The notes: generated by a model from the sequence alone, not told the origin. A stretch of DNA of 64,000 nucleotides from an uncultured Acidobacteriota bacterium (GCA_963805925.1 CAWDWB010000008.1:3073-67072); one strand, 5' to 3'; shown: positions 19,234 to 29,701, counted from the stretch's first letter. Numbers and translations: made by a program.

Positions 19234-21279
19234 ATGCTGACGGCGCCTCAACCGGACCATTTCGAGTTCAGCGGCTTTCGCTTGGACCGCCGTAGCCGTT
19301 CACTGATCGACGGGGACGGCAACCCGGTCATAGTCAACGCTAAGGCGTTCGACACGCTCGTTTATTTTCTCGAACACTCAGGCCAAGTCGTCGCTCGCTC
19401 GACGATGCTCGAGGCGCTGTGGCCGGACACGATCGTCGAAGAGAACAACCTAAGTCAAGCTGTCGCGGCGTTGCGCCGTGCGCTCGGCAGCGATCTCATC
19501 GTGACGGTGCCGCGCCGCGGCTATCAGTTCGTCGCGAAAGTTTGGACAAGTGACGAAAGGGTCGAAGGTGTCGCGGACTTCCGCGATTCCGCGGGCCGCA
19601 GCAGGGGCCGCACAGAGGAGATCAAAGACGACCGTCAAGATCCCGCTTCAAGTCTAGGCGCAACCGAGCAGAGACTGAGCACATGGAGCCGGCGGCTGGG
19701 AGATCGCGGGCGCTGGGCGACGTACCTGGCCGCGGCCGTCATCATCCTCGCAGGGGCTTACATCGTTGCGCACCGCGCCCGCCAGACAGGGAGCGTAGCC
19801 GCATCGACGACGAATCGATCGATCGACAGCATCATTGCAGAAAATTCAAACGCGCATTCGCCCCCGAAAGTCGCCGTTCTGCCTTGCGAAAACCTAAGCC
19901 CTGATCCGGACGACGCTTATTTCGCCGCGGGCATCCACGAAGAGATTCTGAACCAACTCACAAAACTCAGCGGCATCCGCGTGATCGCCCGGAGCTCTGT
20001 GCTGCAGTATCAGGAAAACCGCCCTTCGATATCGCAAATCGCGAAGGAACTTGACGCCCAAGCTGTGATGGAATGCAGCGTACGCTATGCCGATACGGAG
20101 TTCATGGTCGCAGTACGGCTAATTGATCCGGAAACGGAGGAGCACCTGTGGGCGCACACTTATCCCGGCGATCTAAGCGACCTGGAAGGGCTGTTCGGGA
20201 TGCAGACCGATATCGCGACAAGAGTCGCGAACGCGCTCGAAGCCGAACTGTCGGACGACGAGGAACGGCGGCTCGAAGCGCCGCCAACACAATCCCCCGC
20301 TGCGTACGTCGCCTTTCTCAAAAACCTGGAACATCCAAGGGCGAATGATTTTAGTGAACTCGATCGCGCGATCGAGATCGACCCGAACTTCGCCTTGGCC
20401 TACGCTTATAGAGGCTTAAAGCATGCGCTGCGCGCTTATGGGAGCCGGGCTCGACAAGGGTCGCCCAAGTTCATTCGCGAGGAGATCGAGCTTGCCGTGG
20501 CGGATGCGGATCGCGCATTGGAAATTGATTCGGGTCTGGGTCTTGCGCACCTCGTGTCGGCTGCAAGATATTTTGGTTCGTCGGCGGTAGAAGAGAGCCT
20601 TGAGGCAAATTTCGACCGCGCCCTCGCGCTGAGCCCGAACGACGTCACAGTGCTCCAACTTGCTGCGGATTGGCACTTAGCGGAGTTGCGTCCCGAAAGG
20701 GCGCATCCGTTGGTCGTCCGAAACATACAGTTGGATCCGCAGGCGGTCATGGGTCCCCACAATAACTGGATCAAGGAGAGACTTTTCGTTATCGGAGACT
20801 TTGAAACCTTGTCGCAAGTCCATAGGCGGCGAATTGAACTGGAACCAACGTCGGCACGCGAGCGCCAAGAGCTGGCATTCGCAGAAGCGATGCGCGGCAA
20901 TCGCGACGAGGCGAGACGTCAGCTAGCCATCGCCGAACAGCTTCTCGCGGATTTTCCTAGTGACGAAGTCAATCAGGCTGGTTTCTGTTCGGTATATGCC
21001 TACAGCCGCATCGGTCACCCGGCTGACGCGAGGCGCATCTTCAATCGGTTCCTAGAACCGCTCGACGAAGATAAGATTGCGCCGCCGATGTGGTTTATTG
21101 CATACCTGGGTATCGGTGATGTTGATGGCGCATATAGATGGGCCAAGGTCATAACCGAGCGGGCGACCCCGCATCTGCTGGGGCCACATCTGTGGTTGGC
21201 GCTCAACACGCTGGAGGACCCGGTGCTCGAGAGGCCGGAGTTCCTCGAGCTTCGCCGCAAGCTGGGTTATCGCGAGTGA
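19234..21279 (+). CDS. membrane-anchored winged-helix (OmpR/CadC-type) transcriptional regulator with TolB-N-like and TPR regions
   Basis: N-terminus FEFSGFRLDRRSRSLIDGDGNPV...AFDTLVYFLEHSGQVV...VPRRGYQFV (trans_reg_C type). One TM segment (WATYLAAAVIILAGAYIVA), then a long helical-repeat C-terminus. Confidence 0.8.
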   Translation: MLTAPQPDHFEFSGFRLDRRSRSLIDGDGNPVIVNAKAFDTLVYFLEHSGQVVARSTMLEALWPDTIVEENNLSQAVAALRRALGSDLIVTVPRRGYQFVAKVWTSDERVEGVADFRDSAGRSRGRTEEIKDDRQDPASSLGATEQRLSTWSRRLGDRGRWATYLAAAVIILAGAYIVAHRARQTGSVAASTTNRSIDSIIAENSNAHSPPKVAVLPCENLSPDPDDAYFAAGIHEEILNQLTKLSGIRVIARSSVLQYQENRPSISQIAKELDAQAVMECSVRYADTEFMVAVRLIDPETEEHLWAHTYPGDLSDLEGLFGMQTDIATRVANALEAELSDDEERRLEAPPTQSPAAYVAFLKNLEHPRANDFSELDRAIEIDPNFALAYAYRGLKHALRAYGSRARQGSPKFIREEIELAVADADRALEIDSGLGLAHLVSAARYFGSSAVEESLEANFDRALALSPNDVTVLQLAADWHLAELRPERAHPLVVRNIQLDPQAVMGPHNNWIKERLFVIGDFETLSQVHRRRIELEPTSARERQELAFAEAMRGNRDEARRQLAIAEQLLADFPSDEVNQAGFCSVYAYSRIGHPADARRIFNRFLEPLDEDKIAPPMWFIAYLGIGDVDGAYRWAKVITERATPHLLGPHLWLALNTLEDPVLERPEFLELRRKLGYRE

Positions 21280-21345
21280 CATTCGTTTGCGCGGGCTGCA
21301 ACGGCAGGGTGAGATCGAAAAAGCGGCGGTCGCGCGCGGGCGGAG

Positions 21346-22446
21346 TTATCTCTGCGTCTCTCGTTGACGGGCGGCAGCGCCATTGCATGCTGGATCTCCG
21401 CCACAACTGATCGTCGTCAAGTCACAGATCGACTTGACGACGGCATCGGGACGGTCCAACTGAATATAGTGGCCCGCTCCGGCCACGATGCGATGTTCGC
21501 TGTTGCTGGACAGTTGAGCTAGCTCCGCCTGGAGCTCCCGCCAAACAGCATCCCACTCGGCCATCGCCTCGGCCGGGATTGCGCTGCGTGACGAGAGACC
21601 GTCGAAGCTCATCCCTCGATCCGCGGTCAGTACAATCAGCGGCAGGTCACCCAGCGTTGAAGGGGGCTGCGACTGACTGGCAGCCGCTTGAAAGGCGACG
21701 GCCTCTTCTCGGACGCTTGCACAAAAACGGGTCTCCTGCATTGCCGCCGGGCTCATCGGCCGCAGATTTTCCGGCGACAGAATCGGAAGGAAGGCATTGA
21801 CGAACCCGAAGGCTCTCGCCATGCTCATCGGCGTCGCAACATCGCAGAATCTATTGCTCCTCAGGTCGGACAGCATGACTTTCGAGAGTGTTTCAGGCAT
21901 CCGCTGGATCTGGTTCTCATGTGCGGACTCGATCAGCAGCAGACCGGAGACTTCGTCCGGGTACTTGGCAACGAATCGGCGGACGATGAGACCGCCTTCC
22001 GCATGCCCGACGAGAACGTAGGGTCCTTCGACGCCGGCGTGGTCCAGCGCTACACGAAGATTGCGCACCATCCGCTCGAGCGTCGTGACTTGCCTGTCGT
22101 GATCGCTCCAGCCCGCTCCGGCACGGTCGTAAACGCAGACGCGTGTGTGCCTGGCGGCAGCCGCTTGGACCTGGGTCCAGCTATCCATGTGGTCGCCCCA
22201 ACCGGTTTCGATAACTACGGCGGGCTGGCCTTCTCCTTCGCAGCGCATATGCAAATTGAAGCCTCCAACGGACACATACCCCAGAGGCGGTGAGTCAAAA
22301 CCGCTCGTGGTTCTGCGGTTGCGGTTCGTTTGTCCTTCACCGAAGCCGGCAAGGAGCAGGACGGCGATTGCGATATGCGCCAAAGCCCTACGCGCTGAGT
22401 TCCCTCGAGTCGTCCGACAGCAGATCCCGATAAGCATGGCTAGCAC
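21346..22446 (-). CDS. alpha/beta hydrolase fold protein with the nucleophile position occupied by Ala
   Basis: 366 aa and a paralog of the remnant at 29912..30646. The nucleophile elbow reads VGHAEGG where the paralog has VGHSIGG. The C-terminal GAGHYIQLDRPD is retained. Confidence 0.7.
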   Translation of the reverse strand: MLAMLIGICCRTTRGNSARRALAHIAIAVLLLAGFGEGQTNRNRRTTSGFDSPPLGYVSVGGFNLHMRCEGEGQPAVVIETGWGDHMDSWTQVQAAAARHTRVCVYDRAGAGWSDHDRQVTTLERMVRNLRVALDHAGVEGPYVLVGHAEGGLIVRRFVAKYPDEVSGLLLIESAHENQIQRMPETLSKVMLSDLRSNRFCDVATPMSMARAFGFVNAFLPILSPENLRPMSPAAMQETRFCASVREEAVAFQAAASQSQPPSTLGDLPLIVLTADRGMSFDGLSSRSAIPAEAMAEWDAVWRELQAELAQLSSNSEHRIVAGAGHYIQLDRPDAVVKSICDLTTISCGGDPACNGAAARQRETQR

Positions 22447-23183
22447 CTTTCATCCTTGGTTCGAGTTGTGGGCGGACGTGCTCAATGCCAAAAGGGCCGA
22501 GCCGTCCAAGGTCCGGCGTGAAGCTTACGCTCGGCGCCGGTGAAAAATCGTTGTCGAGAGGTGATTTCGGGTGAATCGGCGTGAAATCACCGGCGGGACG
22601 GTTCTTGGGGGAGTGGGGTCGATCCGGGAGAACGTCATCCCTCGCTTCGGCTTTCAAAGAATCAGGCAGCCGCCGAATAGATTCCGACGTTGATGGAGAA
22701 CTCGGCGACAGGCTCGCCTCAGGAACTCGTCCAGTTCAGCCGTTGTACCGCTTTAGAAACCGAAAACTCGAGGATTGTGAGTCCCAGCCCAGCGGCTACA
22801 AGCGATCCTCACGGGTGGCCATGCCGCCTCCGTCGTCGCCCCGCCGACATTGCTGCCGATTGTCCGGCCACGACTCGCTAAGCATCGACTCCGAGCCTCG
22901 GCGCGCCAAAATCGATCGCGGCGGCGCGGTCGGCTGAGGCGAGTCTCGGATTCGCTCTCACTATGTCCGATAAGTGTCTGATAACACGTCAGATAGGTTC
23001 TATCTCCTTGAACATGAATAAATTTGGAGTTTCTCTCTGCTCTCGGCTGTGGCGACAACTCTCTCCCGTGCCACGGTGAAATCGACACCAAACCGACACC
23101 AAGAGGATTCGCTGAACGCAAAGCACGAGTCGCGTGAGGCGCTCGAGTATGAGGCGCTTGCCAATTTCGAAAGGCCTTGAAGC

Positions 23184-23245
23184 TGGTGAGGCGGCCGGGA
23201 CTCGAACCCAGCTCGCGTGTTGAATAGCCGTAAGTTATTGATTCT
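23184..23245 (+). repeat. att-like module copy 3 (different tRNA-end-like block, same core)
   Basis: TGGTGAGGCGGCCGGGACTCGAACCCAG (23184-23211) reads in reverse complement as CTGGG-TTCGAGT-CCCGG T arm plus acceptor plus ACCA. The core CGTAAGTTATTGATTCT (23229-23245) again starts 45 nt after the block start. No anticodon or D arm can be folded. Confidence 0.6.
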
Positions 23246-23987
23246 CTTAAACGGCAGAAACGCTGAATACGCTGATTCCCCGGAAATCGGGTACACGGAA
23301 GGTACATTCCGCAACCGCGCAAAGTACTCTTCAGAATCAGGTAAGTCGCCGACGCGGGCGGCGATCTACGTCCGCGTCTCCACCCCGGACCAGAACCCCG
23401 ACCTGCAACTGTCCGAACTCGCCGACTACGCCTCGCGCATGGGCTGGGAACTGGTTGAGACGTACAACGACGTCGTCAGCGGTAAGAAGTCCCGCCGGCC
23501 GGGCCTCGACAAGCTCATGGCCGACGCCCGCCGCCGGCTGTTCGACTGCGTGCTGGTCTGGAAGCTCGACCGCTTCGGCCGCTCGTTGGTCGATTGCCTC
23601 AACAGCATCCAGGAGCTGGAGTCCTGGGGCGTCCGCTTCATCGCCGTCACGCAAGCGCTCGACACCGATCAACGCAACCCGGCCTCGAAGTTGCTGCTGC
23701 AGGTGCTGGGTGCGGCGGCCGAGTTCGAGCGGTCGCTGATTGTGGAGAGGAGCCGGGCCGGGCAATTGAGGTATCGCAAGGATTACGAGGCGGGCAGGGT
23801 CGGCAAGACGGTCGAGAGCCGGTCGGGGAAGAACCTGCCGCCGCATCGGCCGCGGAAGGTTTTTGATCGGAAGGAGGTGTTGGAGTTGAGGCGGCAGGGG
23901 CTGTCGTTGAGGAAAATTGCCGAACAGATGGGGATTGGGCTGGGGACGGTGACGAGGACGTTGAAGGCGTGTTCCAAAAGTCGTTGA
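23217..23987 (+). CDS. serine recombinase, second copy; 5-prime end unclear
   Basis: By eye, about 16 substitutions over about 205 aligned residues versus 17501..18139. Homology begins at IYVRVSTPDQ. There is no in-frame ATG or GTG upstream, only TTG at 23217 and 23235 inside the att-like module. Confidence 0.75.
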   Translation: MLNSRKLLILLNGRNAEYADSPEIGYTEGTFRNRAKYSSESGKSPTRAAIYVRVSTPDQNPDLQLSELADYASRMGWELVETYNDVVSGKKSRRPGLDKLMADARRRLFDCVLVWKLDRFGRSLVDCLNSIQELESWGVRFIAVTQALDTDQRNPASKLLLQVLGAAAEFERSLIVERSRAGQLRYRKDYEAGRVGKTVESRSGKNLPPHRPRKVFDRKEVLELRRQGLSLRKIAEQMGIGLGTVTRTLKACSKSR

Positions 23988-24293
23988 GTGGGGTTGTGGA
24001 ACGGAGCACCTCGGCCGCAGGACGCGCGGCACTTCCGCCCGTGAGCTCTAAACTGGACGCAGTCAGGAGAAAGCTTTGTTGCGTTACGGACTTCTGGCAG
24101 CGCTAGCGATGCAGGGCCTCAGCGGCCTTGCCGGCGGCTACGGACTCATCGCCGATCCCTCCGGCGAGGCGGTCGGCCTCCGTCTTGCTTGGCTCGACTA
24201 GACGCCCATCAGCGATTATCTCCTTGCCGGATTGATCCTTTTGATCGTACTGGGCGCGTTCCCGCTGATCGTCAGCGGTACAATTGCGGCGTC

Positions 24294-27008
24294 TTGCACA
24301 TAGGCTCCACCATCAGCCACTACCGCATCGTCGCCAAGCTCGGCGAGGGCGGCATGGGCGTCGTCTACAAGGCCGAGGACACTGCTTTAGAGCGACCTGT
24401 GGCGCTCAAGTTCCTGGCCGAACATCTGCTCAACAACGAGGAAGCCAAAGCTCGGTTCCTGCGCGAAGCCAAGGCCGCCGCAGCACTGCATCACCCCAAC
24501 GTATGCCCGGTCTATGAAATCGCCGAGGTCGAAGGCAAGACCTTCTTGGCACTGGCGTTTCTCAAGGGAGAGACCTTGGAGGACCGCATCGCGAAGGGCC
24601 CGCTCGCGATCAAGGACGCCCTCGATATCGGGCGTCAAATCGCCGAAGGCCTCGAGGCCGCTCACGAGGCCGGCATCGTCCACCGCGACATTAAGCCCGC
24701 CAATGTCCTCGTCGACTCCAAAGGCCACGCCACGATCATGGACTTCGGCCTGGCGCGCCTGACTGAAGCGTCGCGGCTAACAAAGGCTGACCAAGCCATG
24801 GGCACGGTCGCCTACATGTCGCCCGAGCAAGCCCAAGGGCAGGAAGTCGATTCGCGCACCGACATCTGGGCGCTGGGTTGTGTCCTGTACGAGATGGTCT
24901 CCGGCCAGCGCCCTTTTCTGGGTCAATACGATCAAGCGCTGTTTTACGAGATTGTCCAGCAAGAGCCTGCTCCTCTGACTTCGATTCGAGCAGGCGTGCC
25001 GATGGAACTCGAGTTCACCGTCGGCAAGTGCTTGGCGAAGGGTCGAGACGACCGCACTGAGTCGGCGCGCGAGGTCGCTCGGGAACTGAGGACGCTGAGC
25101 GACAAGCTGAAGTCGGGCCGTTCGACGATCCTAAAGACGGGAGATTTGACCACAGGCGTTCCGGCGGCGATGTCGGCCCCTCAGTCATTCAACCCGGCCG
25201 AATCGTTGCCGCCCGACGCGGTGATCGTACGCAAACGTAGACTGCAGGCCGCTTATGCCGTCGCAGCACTCTTCGGCATTGCGTTCCTGGGCCTTCTGAC
25301 GGAGCATTTCACAGCGGCTCCGCCTCAGAGGCCTTTGCGTCGATTCTCCTTGGTTCCGCCGCCGGGCATTGACGCCGGCGCCATCACGGCCGGTCCCGTC
25401 ATTTCGCCCGACGGCGAGCACATCGCCTTCACAACGACAGGTTCGGAGGGGCTGCTTTGGGTCCAAGACCTCGACCAAGAAGAGCCACGGACGCTTGCAG
25501 GCACCGAAGGAGCGATTCTGCGTTGCTGGTCGCCTGATAGCCGATTCATCGCGTATGCCGCGGGGGCGGAGTTGAGAAAGGTGTCCGTCGAGGGCGGCGC
25601 CAGCGGGATTATCTACAGACTGCCTACGCCGCAGTACTTCGAGGGAACCTGGAGTCCGGACGGCGATTCCATCGTCTTCGCCGCCATGGACATGGAAGGC
25701 GCGGGGATATCCTTGTACGAAGTGCCGTCGCAAGGCGGCGATCCGACGGTACTGGTTGGCGAGACGGATCTGAACGGAGCGAGGGGGTATGTTTCCCGGC
25801 CTCGCTTTCTGCCTCCGGCGAGCGGCCGCGCGTTGCTCTTTACTCTCGGCGACGTCTCACAGGGCACTCTATACGCAAAGAATCTCGATACCGGGCAGCT
25901 TGAGGAGCTAGGTCCGGGGGATCGCCCCGTGTATTCGCTGTCATCGGGCCTTGTCATTTATCAGTCTCAGCGCAGTGTCTACGATCTTTGGGCGCGGCCG
26001 TTCTCGCTCGCGACGCTCCAGTTCACCGGCACGGCGTTTCCCGTTCGAGAGAACGCGCGTCAACCTTCCATATCGGCGGACGGGACCTTGGCGTATCTCG
26101 ATGGCGACTCAACAACCAAAACTGTCCTCCGCTGGGTCGACCGCGCAGGCCAAGCACAGACCGGCAGGTTTATTGACATAGGGTCCCGTCGACATCCGGC
26201 GCCGGCAATCTCGCCGGATGGGCGTTCGCTTGCTTATCGTCAAAACACCGGAGTTCTCTGGGTCCAAGACATTTCGAGAGGCAGTCGAGTCAGGCTGAGC
26301 GAATCCGCCGCTCCGGGCAGCGGCCTTGTCTGGTCTCCGAATGGCGGTAGAGTGGCTTTCACGATCGCCGACGCGGGTGGGGCAAGCGCCGTTGTCCGAG
26401 CGGCGGACGGTTCGGGCGAGACCGTGCGGATCGTTGACGGACCAGGCGAGAGCTAAGTCACGGACTGGACTGTGGACGACCAGATCATTCTGATGACTAT
26501 TTCCGAGCCGGAGGCGGGCTTTGACCGGTGGTATGTCGATAGCACCCCTGACGGCTTCGGCGAACCCCGTCCATTCCTTCAAACGCCGGCCAATGAAGTC
26601 TCGGCGAAGGTGTCCCCGAACGGACGTTATATCGCCTATGTATCCGACGAGTCGGGACCGTTTGAAGTTTATGTGCAGCCGTTTGCCGAAGGGGGCCGCC
26701 AAATAGCTGTCTCCACTGCAGGCGGTCGTGAGCCGCGCTGGAGTCGAGACGGCCGAGAGCTTTTCTACGCCGAGGGGGCGACGATTGTGAGCGTCGCCGT
26801 ATCCACGGAAGCCGACTTAGCGGTCGGCGCAGCGACGCGACTGTTCCAGTTTCTACCCAGTACTCAAACCTGGCCCAACTATGACATTTCGCCAGACGGC
26901 GAGCGTTTTATCGTAACCGGCGTTCAAAGCGAGGACAGCGGAGAGCTCCCGAAGATTCGAGTCGTCGAAAACTGGTATGAGGAGTTCCGTGACCGTGAGC
27001 AGGACTAA
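24294..27008 (+). pseudogene. Ser/Thr protein kinase with a TM segment and TolB-like beta-propeller, interrupted by one in-frame TAA
   Basis: Kinase motifs GEGGMGVVYKA, HRDIKPAN, DFGLA and YMSPEQ. Probable TTG start at 24294 (HIGSTISHYRI). Repeated SPDG-type propeller blades. TAA at 26454-26456 (..VDGPGES*VTDWTVDD..), after which the same frame stays open to 27008. Confidence 0.8.
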
Positions 27009-27082
27009 GTCCTGCGAATCGAGTCGGATAGGGCCTTTTTTAGCCGATAGGTGTTGCGCTTCAGGCGCGAGGTCTTTGCAAC

Positions 27083-27670
27083 GTGACAGAACCAAATCCA
27101 GGCGACATCACACAGCTGCTATTGCGATTTCAGCTCGGCGACAAAGACGCTGAGAGTCGCCTAGTGGACGCGGTCCATGGTGAGTTGCGCAAGCTGGCCG
27201 CGGCCAAACTCAGGGGAGAGCGCCCCGATCATTCCCTACAGGCTAGCGCCTTGGTGAACGAGGCGTACATCAAGCTGTCGTCTCTCGATCGAGTCGGCTG
27301 GAAGAACCGCTCCCATTTTTTTGGATTTGCCGCGCACCTGATGCGAGAGATCTTGGTCGACCATGCTCGCGCCCGGCGAGCCGAGAAGCGCGGCGGCGGC
27401 TTGCGCCCCTTGGAGCTCGAGGAAGCACATGCGATTCAGCAGGAACATTCGACCGACATCTTGGCTCTGGATGAAGCTCTCGAAAGTCTGACCCGCAAGG
27501 ACGCTCGAGCAGCCAAGGTATTCGAGTGCCGCTATTTTGCGGGGATGTCGGTTGAGGAGACGGCCGAGGCCCTTGGCATCGCCCCGCGCACGGTCAAGCG
27601 AGACTGGCAGCTCGGCCGCGCATGGCTTCGTCGCCGCTTGAATTCGGCCGACACAGAAGGTATGGCTTAG
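27083..27670 (+). CDS. ECF-type RNA polymerase sigma factor (kinase-associated subgroup)
   Basis: 195 aa with ITQLLLRFQLGD..., ALVNEAYIKL, SHFFGFAAHLMREILVDHAR, and a sigma-4 HTH (MSVEETAEALGIAPRTVKRDW). Paralog of 42416..43006. Confidence 0.85.
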   Translation: MTEPNPGDITQLLLRFQLGDKDAESRLVDAVHGELRKLAAAKLRGERPDHSLQASALVNEAYIKLSSLDRVGWKNRSHFFGFAAHLMREILVDHARARRAEKRGGGLRPLELEEAHAIQQEHSTDILALDEALESLTRKDARAAKVFECRYFAGMSVEETAEALGIAPRTVKRDWQLGRAWLRRRLNSADTEGMA

Positions 27671-27688
27671 AGGATCCGAGCGCGCCGT

Positions 27689-28621
27689 GTGTCGACAGGT
27701 CGGGCGGCCGCGAGTGGCAACGTGAATGTACTCTTCTTCGCGGGGGCTGGGCGCAGCGGGACCACAATCGTAGGCGACATGCTGGGTTCGGCAGCCGGCT
27801 TTTGCCATGTAGGGGAAAGCATCAAGCTCTGGCGACGAGCCTCTTCCGAGAAATGGCTCTGCGGTTGCGGCTTGCCTTTCCGCTGCTGCGAATTTTGGAA
27901 TTCGGTTCTCGTGGCGGCGTTTGACGGCCTCCAGCCCGGGCAGGCTCGGGAGTTCGAAAATCTTCGCTTGGAAGTGCACAGGCAGCTGATCGCGCATCGG
28001 GGAGACATCGATTCTCCCGAGACAAGGGAGTACGCGACGCTGCTTGGCAAGCTGTACTCCGCCATTGAATCGCTCAGCGGCTGTGACGTGATTGTGGACT
28101 CCTCGAAGACCGCCGAGCTCGGCTGGCTATTGGCGAGGCTGCCCGGCGTCAGACTGACCGTCGTTCGTCTTGTTCGAGACCCAATGGCGGTCGCATTCTC
28201 ATGGACACGCAAGAAGCAAGTGCCGGTAACAGAAGGAGTTGAATACATGCAGACGCGGTCGGTAGCCGATGCTTGCTCGATCTGGTCGATCTTGAATCGA
28301 CGTGCGGACCGCCTCGCGGCGGCGCTCGGAGAACGCGCGTTTCTGGTGCGATACGAAGACTTTGCCGCTAATCCCAAAGTCCTGCTCAGAGCCGTCATGG
28401 AGATCGTGTCGGATGCAGAGTCCTTCCCTGAGTTCGTTAGTGAAAAGGCCTTCCGTGTGAAGACCAGCCATTCCGTTTCGGGCAACCCGGATCGATACCA
28501 TTACGGAGACGTCGTGGAAATCGCGGTCGATGATACGTGGACGGAGTCGATGAATCCAAGCGACAGACTGCTTGCGGAGAGCATGACCGAGGACCTTCGG
28601 CAACTCTACGGCTATGCGTGA
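27689..28621 (+). CDS. sulfotransferase family protein
   Basis: 310 aa with FFAGAGRSGTT (PAPS phosphate-binding-loop-like), DSSK and VVRLVRDP (3-prime-phosphate-binding-like). GTG start 18 nt after the sigma factor stop. Confidence 0.65.
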   Translation: MSTGRAAASGNVNVLFFAGAGRSGTTIVGDMLGSAAGFCHVGESIKLWRRASSEKWLCGCGLPFRCCEFWNSVLVAAFDGLQPGQAREFENLRLEVHRQLIAHRGDIDSPETREYATLLGKLYSAIESLSGCDVIVDSSKTAELGWLLARLPGVRLTVVRLVRDPMAVAFSWTRKKQVPVTEGVEYMQTRSVADACSIWSILNRRADRLAAALGERAFLVRYEDFAANPKVLLRAVMEIVSDAESFPEFVSEKAFRVKTSHSVSGNPDRYHYGDVVEIAVDDTWTESMNPSDRLLAESMTEDLRQLYGYA

Positions 28622-28630
28622 GCTGCATGA

Positions 28631-29701
28631 CTAGGCGGAGGCTGTCGGCTTGCGTAGCGCCAAGTCGATTCGCCTCGCGACGACCGCCGCTGCGCGCTCT
28701 CTCCCTGTGGCCGGCGGCCGCAACGGACCGCGACGAATCGCCTCAGCCAAGTCGAGAGCAAGGCCTTCGGGTTGCAACTCACCAATCCTACGGAACGTGA
28801 CGCCCGGTCTTGCCTTTGCGCGGGCGTCATCGATGGGGTTCGACCCGGGAGAGAGAACAATCGACGTGATCCCGATGCTTTCGAGTTCTGCGGCGGTCTT
28901 GCGCGTCCCCTTTGTAATCGCCACATCGCTGGCCGCCATGATTCGATCAATTTGCCAATCGCGTTCGATGACGAGGATATCGAGCCGGTTCTGTGTAAGC
29001 GCTTCGATCGTCGGCGTGTCCTCGCCCGCCAGCCACAGGAGTCGCTTTGATTCCGCATCGAGTTGATCGAAGGCCTCGAGTACGAGGTTCGCGATCGGCG
29101 CTCTCGCCTCTGTGGCGTATCCGCTTGGTAAAACGCAGACCACCGTTGCGTCCTCATCCAGGCCCAGTTCCCTGCGAGCCCGGCCACGGTCGGCGCGCGA
29201 ATACTCAAAGCGCCGCAGTATCGGTCCCACGTACGTCACCTTGCCTTTCGCCTGGACGGGCTCTGGGGTGACCGGCTTGCGATCGATAAACAGGATCTGG
29301 TCCGCAAATCGCAGTGCGCTCATGATGATCCGATCCTGGTCGGCGAACCAGTCCGTGATGAAGATCGCCGGCAAGTCGAACACCTTCGCCGCCGGCAATG
29401 CGCCGAATTCCTCGTGCGCGACGACTAAGTCCGGCTTCAGCCACGCGATGACCTTCGTCGACAATACGATGACGTCCAGAAGCGAGTTCACTTCCGGTAA
29501 TCGCAGGTCGACTACGCTGAACCCACGCTCAAGCAGCGTTGCGGCGCCGGTTCCGTACGACACGAAGCGCACGTCGATGCCATTGTCGAGTCTCAACAGT
29601 TGCTCTGTGATCTCGATGTCGGGCACGGCGTGGCCGCGACCGCGACCGCGACAAAAGAACAATAACTTGCGCTTGGCGGGATCGAACTCGGGCGTGCCCA
29701 T
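28631..29701 (-). CDS. glycosyltransferase (GT1/GT28-like)
   Basis: 356 aa with an N-terminal Gly-rich loop FFCRGRGRGHAVPD and a two-Rossmann-like layout. Convergent with the sulfotransferase with a 9-nt gap. Confidence 0.6.
   Translation of the reverse strand: MGTPEFDPAKRKLLFFCRGRGRGHAVPDIEITEQLLRLDNGIDVRFVSYGTGAATLLERGFSVVDLRLPEVNSLLDVIVLSTKVIAWLKPDLVVAHEEFGALPAAKVFDLPAIFITDWFADQDRIIMSALRFADQILFIDRKPVTPEPVQAKGKVTYVGPILRRFEYSRADRGRARRELGLDEDATVVCVLPSGYATEARAPIANLVLEAFDQLDAESKRLLWLAGEDTPTIEALTQNRLDILVIERDWQIDRIMAASDVAITKGTRKTAAELESIGITSIVLSPGSNPIDDARAKARPGVTFRRIGELQPEGLALDLAEAIRRGPLRPPATGRERAAAVVARRIDLALRKPTASA

Noticed and set aside
26454-26456. Stop-codon reassignment (TAA read as Tyr) as an explanation for the in-frame TAA codons in both kinases
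   Set aside because: TAA also ends genes at natural-looking C-termini: esterase 5263, hydrolase 21346, 37844..38245 (followed by a terminator hairpin) and oxidase 57944 (directly before the coupled cytochrome start). Other stop types also interrupt genes here. Ordinary nonsense mutation is therefore more parsimonious.
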